NCBI GenBank assembly: GCA_018645565.1
Contig: JABGWJ010000134.1
Location: forward strand, 1-42,316
Length of the DNA stretch: 42,316 nucleotides
Source: a bacterium
GTDB lineage: Bacteria > Fidelibacterota > Marinisomatia > Marinisomatales > UBA1611
Direction: 5' to 3'
Below the pieces are notes generated by a model, which worked only from the letters and a program-made list of their open reading frames with translations, made no database searches and was not told the DNA's origin. Position 1 is the first letter of the stretch. The number at the start of each line of letters is the position of its first letter. The position numbers and the translations under genes were made by a program. Below are positions 37,460 to 42,316 of this stretch, in pieces.

Positions 37460-38683
37460 ATGGAAATAGATTTACATCGTCTACAAAAACAATCAGGGAT
37501 AATTGGTACTTCTGAAAAAATATTTGAAGTTTTAGGTATGATAGCTCAAGTTGCTCCAGTTGATATATCAGTTTTAGTCACCGGTGAGTCTGGTTGCGGA
37601 AAAGAAGTTGTCGCACGTGGAATTCATAAGCATAGTAAACGCTCTTTTACTCCTATGGTTACAGTCAATTGTGGTGCAATTCCTGAAGGAATAATTGAGA
37701 GTGAATTATTTGGCCATAAAAAAGGTTCTTTCACTGGTGCTTCTGAAGATAGAAAAGGATATTTTGAACAGGCAAATAAAGCTACTATCTTTTTAGATGA
37801 AATTGGAGAAGCTCCGCTTGAAACTCAAGTAAAGTTATTGCGAGTACTTGAAACTGGTGAATACATGAGAGTAGGCGAATCAAAGGTAAGGTATACAGAT
37901 GTTCGGGTGATTGCTGCTACTAATAAAAATTTATCAGAATTAGTTAAGAAAGAGTTGTTTCGACAGGACCTCTATTATCGTCTGAAAACTGTTAATATTC
38001 ATATTCCTTCTTTGAGAGATAGAGTTGAGGATATTAATCCATTTGTTGAAAGATTTGCACTAGAATTTACAAGGTCAAATGAGATTTTATATCGAGGGTT
38101 TATGCCTGATGCCATTCGTAAAATGAAACAATATGATTGGCCGGGTAATGTTCGTGAATTGAAAAATTTTGTAGAAAAAGTAATGGTTCTAGAGAAAGGC
38201 GAGAGAATTACAGAAGAGATGGTTAGTAGGGAATTAGATGATGTAATTGCTGAACCTATTCCTGATAATTTAAAACTACCAATTCCAGTAGATAAATCAA
38301 CTGAACAGGCAGAAATTGATATTATTTTACGCCAATTATTTTCATTAAAACAAGATACTGAAATGATTAGAGCTATTTTATCTGTCGATAAAGACAGTTC
38401 TTTATTTGGTGTAAGTCCAATATTACCAAAAGATAATCTAAAAATAATAAATCCAGTTAATGAGAAAAATTTAGAGGTTACTGAAGACGGTCAACCTTTA
38501 ATTCGTGATGATGCTATTGGCGAGATTAGAATGAAAGATCTCGAGAAAGAGGCTATCATTCGTACATTAAGATTTTTTAATAACAATAGAAGGAAAACAG
38601 CAAGGTCCTTAGGTGTTAGCGAAAGAACATTATACAGAAAAATTGAAGACTATAATCTTGAGCCCAAGATTAAACGGAATTAA
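37460..38683 (+). CDS. Sigma-54-dependent transcriptional activator (AAA+ bEBP with Fis-type HTH) lacking an N-terminal sensory domain
   Basis: The AAA+ core starts ~15 aa from the N-terminus (IIGTSEKIFEV; Walker A GESGCGKE; ESELFGHKKGSFTGA; Walker B FLDEIGE; RVIAATN). The C-terminal HTH is KTARSLGVSERTLYRKIEDY. AGGAGG lies upstream of the ATG. Confidence 0.85.
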   Translation: MEIDLHRLQKQSGIIGTSEKIFEVLGMIAQVAPVDISVLVTGESGCGKEVVARGIHKHSKRSFTPMVTVNCGAIPEGIIESELFGHKKGSFTGASEDRKGYFEQANKATIFLDEIGEAPLETQVKLLRVLETGEYMRVGESKVRYTDVRVIAATNKNLSELVKKELFRQDLYYRLKTVNIHIPSLRDRVEDINPFVERFALEFTRSNEILYRGFMPDAIRKMKQYDWPGNVRELKNFVEKVMVLEKGERITEEMVSRELDDVIAEPIPDNLKLPIPVDKSTEQAEIDIILRQLFSLKQDTEMIRAILSVDKDSSLFGVSPILPKDNLKIINPVNEKNLEVTEDGQPLIRDDAIGEIRMKDLEKEAIIRTLRFFNNNRRKTARSLGVSERTLYRKIEDYNLEPKIKRN

Positions 38684-38685
38684 AT

Positions 38686-39249
38686 GTGATTTTAAATGAA
38701 ATAAAAATATTAATCGCTTTTGTTATAATGTTATTTGTTTTTTCTTGTGCATTTTATTCGATGTCTGGTTCATTACCACCACATATTAATACTATCTCAA
38801 TTCCACTGCTAGAAAATGAGACTGCTGAATTTGGTATAGCAGAAGATATCACTGATGGTATTCAAAATGCATTCAATGATGAAGGAATATTAAAAATAAG
38901 TAATTTAAATTCTGATTCAATACTTAGAGGATCAATTAAGAAAATAACGGATGGGCCTTATACTTTTAATAAAGAAGAATCTGTCTCGGAGTATAGATAC
39001 AAAATTGATGTTTACTTTGAATGGTATGATAATCGTGATGAGAAAATTATTTTAAAAGGTAATTTTTCTGGTTGGGGGGCATATGGACTCAGCGGAGATA
39101 TTGGTTCTGATGGCGTAGACAATGATGGTGATGGTAAAATTGATGGTGAAGATGAGGATGAATTTGGTGAGCCAAGAGATTTTGCTTCAAAGGTTGCGGT
39201 TAAGAAAATTGCACAAGATATAATAAATGATATAATGACTACATGGTAA
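38686..39249 (+). CDS. LptE-like outer-membrane lipoprotein with acidic EF-hand-like Ca-binding loop
   Basis: GTG start. Lipobox LFVFSC, then AFYSMSGSLPPHINTISIPLLENETAEFGIAEDITDGIQNAF, which resembles FCB-type LptE family proteins. The C-terminal insert is GSDGVDNDGDGKIDGEDEDEFGE. Confidence 0.5.
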   Translation: MILNEIKILIAFVIMLFVFSCAFYSMSGSLPPHINTISIPLLENETAEFGIAEDITDGIQNAFNDEGILKISNLNSDSILRGSIKKITDGPYTFNKEESVSEYRYKIDVYFEWYDNRDEKIILKGNFSGWGAYGLSGDIGSDGVDNDGDGKIDGEDEDEFGEPRDFASKVAVKKIAQDIINDIMTTW

Positions 39250-39266
39250 GGAGAAATTTACTAGAC

Positions 39267-40562
39267 ATGGAAACTGTAATAATAAAGAATTTAGGCGAAT
39301 ATTCTGGGAAAGAAGTAAAAATTAATGGATGGGTATACAATACGAGAAGCGTTGGCAAAATATGGTTTCTTATATTGAGAGATGGCTCTGGTTTACTTCA
39401 ATGTGTTGTAGTTAATGGAGAATGTGATCCTGAAAGTTTTAATTTAGAACAAGATCTTAATCAAGAAGACTCAGTTACAATTACAGGTCTAGTCAAAAAA
39501 GAACCCAGAGCTGTTGGTGGTTTTGAGCTTAGCGTAAAGACTATAACGATTGTGAATCATACGACTAATGAATATCCTATCTCAAATAAAGAACATGGTA
39601 CTGATTTTTTAATGTCAAACAGACATTTGTGGATTAGGTCTAAAAGGCAAAACTCAATTCTTAGAATTAGACACCAAATTGTAAAGTCTATAAGAGATTT
39701 CTTTGATAACAATGATTTCATTCTAGTTGATTCTCCAGTTTTTACAGGAAATGCTGTGGAAGGGACTACTACTTTGTTTGAATTAGATTATTTTGAAAAA
39801 AAAGCATATTTAACGCAAAGCGGTCAGCTTTACCAAGAAGCAGGAGCAATGGCTTTTGGTAAATCATACTGCTTTGGACCTGTTTTTAGAGCAGAAAAGT
39901 CCAAAACACGAAGGCATCTAACTGAATTCTGGATGGTTGAGCCGGAAATGGCTTATTGTAATTTGGCTCAGAATATGGACTGGATGGAATCTCTGGTTTC
40001 TTATATTATCAAAAAAGTTATCAAGGAATGTGAAAATGAATTAAATATTTTAGATCGTGATATTAAAAAGTTAGAATGTGTAAAGTCTCCATTTCCTAGG
40101 ATAACTTATGATGAAGCAGTTGGTATTCTTGAAAATAATGGCATCGATTTTAATTATGGAAAAGATTTTGGTGCTGCTGATGAAACTATAATATCTAATC
40201 AATACAAAAGTCCTGTAATGATACATAGTTGGCCAGTAGATACAAAAGCTTTTTATATGAAAAGAGATGAAAATAATAATAATCTAGCTCTTGGGGTAGA
40301 TATGATAGCTCCTGAGGGATATGGGGAAATAGTCGGTGGTGGTCAAAGGGAAGATAATATTGATATTTTAAAAGAGACAATTAGGCACCATGATTTACCT
40401 CTAAAGCCATTTGAATGGTATTTAGATTTGAGAAAATATGGCTCAGTACCCCATTCTGGGTTTGGTCTTGGTCTTGAAAGATTCGTTGCTTGGGTTTGTG
40501 GCACTACTCATATTAGGGAAACAATTCCTTTTCCTAGAACAATGGCTAGGCTCGAGCCATAA
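39267..40562 (+). CDS. asnS: Asparagine--tRNA ligase
   Basis: Class IIb with an OB-fold N-terminus. Motif 2 is FGPVFRAEKSKTRRHLTEFWMVEPE and motif 3 is GFGLGLERFV. I prefer the ATG at 39267, 13 nt after AAGGAG at 39248..39253; the track start 39243 overlaps the previous gene. Confidence 0.9.
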   Translation: METVIIKNLGEYSGKEVKINGWVYNTRSVGKIWFLILRDGSGLLQCVVVNGECDPESFNLEQDLNQEDSVTITGLVKKEPRAVGGFELSVKTITIVNHTTNEYPISNKEHGTDFLMSNRHLWIRSKRQNSILRIRHQIVKSIRDFFDNNDFILVDSPVFTGNAVEGTTTLFELDYFEKKAYLTQSGQLYQEAGAMAFGKSYCFGPVFRAEKSKTRRHLTEFWMVEPEMAYCNLAQNMDWMESLVSYIIKKVIKECENELNILDRDIKKLECVKSPFPRITYDEAVGILENNGIDFNYGKDFGAADETIISNQYKSPVMIHSWPVDTKAFYMKRDENNNNLALGVDMIAPEGYGEIVGGGQREDNIDILKETIRHHDLPLKPFEWYLDLRKYGSVPHSGFGLGLERFVAWVCGTTHIRETIPFPRTMARLEP

Positions 40563-40618
40563 GCCTTATTAACAAATTATTATATTTTATTATCTAATTT
40601 TTAATAACTAAGAATTAT

Positions 40619-42226
40619 ATGAAAATTGCGTTATGCCAAATAAATCCCACAGTCGGGGCAATTGATTCAAACAAGAACAAGATACTAGAATTTTACAAAA
40701 AAGCCTTATCGGAAAATTCAGATATTGTTGTATTTCCAGAATTAGCGATAACTGGATATCCACCTCAAGATTTATTGTTAGATGAAGATTTTATTGAACT
40801 AAATAATGTTGCAATCAATTCGCTAGCGAAGAAAGCAACTAATCCATTAATTGTAGGTTATGTTAGAAAAGAAAACAATCAAATGTTTAATAGCGCGGCT
40901 CTTTGTAAGGATGGCGAAATCGTAAATAATTATGATAAAATATTACTACCTACTTATGATGTTTTTGATGAGAGTAGATATTTTACTCAAGGTGCATGGC
41001 CAACAGTTTGGCCAATAACATATAATGGTAAAAAGGTGAAAATTGGAATTCAAATTTGTGAAGATTTATGGGATGATGGATATGATAAAAAAGTGTCTTA
41101 TTTGCAAAAACAAAAGGGTGCAGATTTTTTAATAAATATATCGGCCTCTCCATTTCGAGATAAGAAAATTAATGATAGAGAAGATCAAATAAGTCAAAAA
41201 GTAAAAGAAGTTAAAATTCCTTTTCTTTATTGCAATATCGTGGGTGCGCAGGATGAATTAGTTTTTGACGGGTCTTCTTTCGCTGTAGATGAAAAGGGAA
41301 TGTGTTTTGCAAAAAGTGAGCCATTTATCGAAGATACCCTTTATGTTGATTTAAAATCAACATCTAGGATTAAAATTAATTATAACTCAAAATACGAAAA
41401 TTATTTTAATGCTCTTACCTTAGGTATTAAAGATTATTTTAATAAAACTAATAATTATGAAGCCATAATCGGCTTATCTGGTGGAATTGATAGTGCTGTT
41501 GTTGCAGTCTTAGCTAGCCACGCTTTAGGAGGAGCGGCTGTTTATGGCGTTTCAATGCCGTCAAAGTTTAGTAGCGAACACAGCAAAAAAGATGCAGAAT
41601 TATTAGCACACAACCTAGGAATAGATTTTAAAACGATCCCAATACAAAAACTTGTTGACCGCTTTGAAAGTAGCTTAGTTGATTTTTTTTCTGGTACAGA
41701 TAGGGGAACGGCTGAAGAAAACATACAATCTAGGGTAAGAGGTAATATATTAATGGCCTTATCTAATAAATTTGGAAGATTAGTGCTTTCTACAGGAAAT
41801 AAAACCGAGTTAGCTTTAGGGTATTGTACCTTGTACGGTGATATGAGTGGCGGATTATCAGTCATTTCAGATTTAAATAAAAATGAAGTCTATGAACTTG
41901 CAAAATGGGTTAATAAAAACAAGGGTAATTGTATACCTTTGAATTCAATCGAAAAACCTCCCTCTGCAGAGCTTTCGCCTAATCAAGTTGATCCATTTGA
42001 TTATGATGTGATATCTCCATTAGTAGATTTAATTGTTCAAAAAACATATTCTAATACTGAATTAATCAATCAAGGATTTGAAGAGAAAACTATTGTAGAA
42101 ATAAAAAATAAAATCCATTTCAATGAATATAAGAGGAGGCAAGCACCTATTGGTTTGAGAGTTTCAAAAAAAGCTTTTGGATTTGGTAGGCGATTCCCAA
42201 TTGTAAATCATTTTAAGGAGAAATAA
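40619..42226 (+). CDS. nadE: Glutamine-dependent NAD+ synthetase
   Basis: N-terminal CN-hydrolase domain (VVFPELAITGY, KILLP, IGIQICEDLW) and C-terminal NAD synthetase domain (GLSGGIDSAV, STGNKTELALGYCTLYGD). Confidence 0.9.
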   Translation: MKIALCQINPTVGAIDSNKNKILEFYKKALSENSDIVVFPELAITGYPPQDLLLDEDFIELNNVAINSLAKKATNPLIVGYVRKENNQMFNSAALCKDGEIVNNYDKILLPTYDVFDESRYFTQGAWPTVWPITYNGKKVKIGIQICEDLWDDGYDKKVSYLQKQKGADFLINISASPFRDKKINDREDQISQKVKEVKIPFLYCNIVGAQDELVFDGSSFAVDEKGMCFAKSEPFIEDTLYVDLKSTSRIKINYNSKYENYFNALTLGIKDYFNKTNNYEAIIGLSGGIDSAVVAVLASHALGGAAVYGVSMPSKFSSEHSKKDAELLAHNLGIDFKTIPIQKLVDRFESSLVDFFSGTDRGTAEENIQSRVRGNILMALSNKFGRLVLSTGNKTELALGYCTLYGDMSGGLSVISDLNKNEVYELAKWVNKNKGNCIPLNSIEKPPSAELSPNQVDPFDYDVISPLVDLIVQKTYSNTELINQGFEEKTIVEIKNKIHFNEYKRRQAPIGLRVSKKAFGFGRRFPIVNHFKEK

Positions 42227-42228
42227 GA

Positions 42229-42316
42229 TTGAAGACAATAATATATAGTATCCTACTATCGGTCAATTTATTAATTGGTCAAGCGCAAAGTACAAAATCG
42301 CCCTCAGAATTTTGGT
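42229..42316 (+). CDS. Start of a secreted protein (signal peptide only; 3'-truncated by window end)
   Basis: The TTG at 42229 lies 8 nt after AAGGAG (42215..42220). Translation is (M)KTIIYSILLSVNLLIGQAQSTKSPSEFW, open to the window end. Confidence 0.4.
   Translation, partial: MKTIIYSILLSVNLLIGQAQSTKSPSEFW

Overview
Gene-dense, visibly AT-rich chromosomal segment from a diderm bacterium. An outer-membrane beta-barrel protein, an LptE-like lipoprotein and many lipobox or signal-peptide proteins support the diderm call. Several genes have Shine-Dalgarno-like AAGGAG/AGGAG sites. The overall gene set fits an uncultivated, streamlined, probably marine FCB-type lineage; this is inference only. I call 35 protein-coding genes (two cut by the window edges), one interrupted 5' gene fragment and two tRNAs: tRNA-CAT on the minus strand and tRNA-Leu(GAG) right after secG. 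I saw no rRNA, CRISPR array, transposase, integrase or prophage signature. About 12-42 kb is housekeeping: gdhA, pgk-tpiA-secG-tRNALeu, acpS, recN, murA, trkAH, uvrC, uvrB, galE, asnS and nadE, many with 4-nt ATGA start/stop overlaps. The left 11.8 kb is an accessory cell-surface region. The best candidate for something undescribed is at 1-6961. It holds two tandem paralogous giant secreted proteins, each an FN3 array plus paired beta-sandwich modules plus a C-terminal caspase-fold domain. In both copies the canonical His and Cys catalytic positions are replaced, by different residues. A small PKD-domain lipoprotein follows them. Other loci worth follow-up:
- a lipoprotein gene whose signal peptide is cut off from its body by an in-frame TGA, followed by a GC-rich hairpin (10084-10359);
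- a two-module outer-membrane barrel fusion (10365-11768);
- a 990-aa pseudo-receiver + receiver + PPDK_N-only protein with no phospho-His swivel domain (13347-16319);
- a tight crotonase / DUF1611 / dipeptide-epimerase / methylmalonyl-CoA-epimerase operon (29306-32555);
- a sensor-less sigma-54 activator next to an LptE-like lipoprotein that carries an EF-hand-type loop (37460-39249).
All domain calls come from motif reading by eye, and domain boundaries are approximate.
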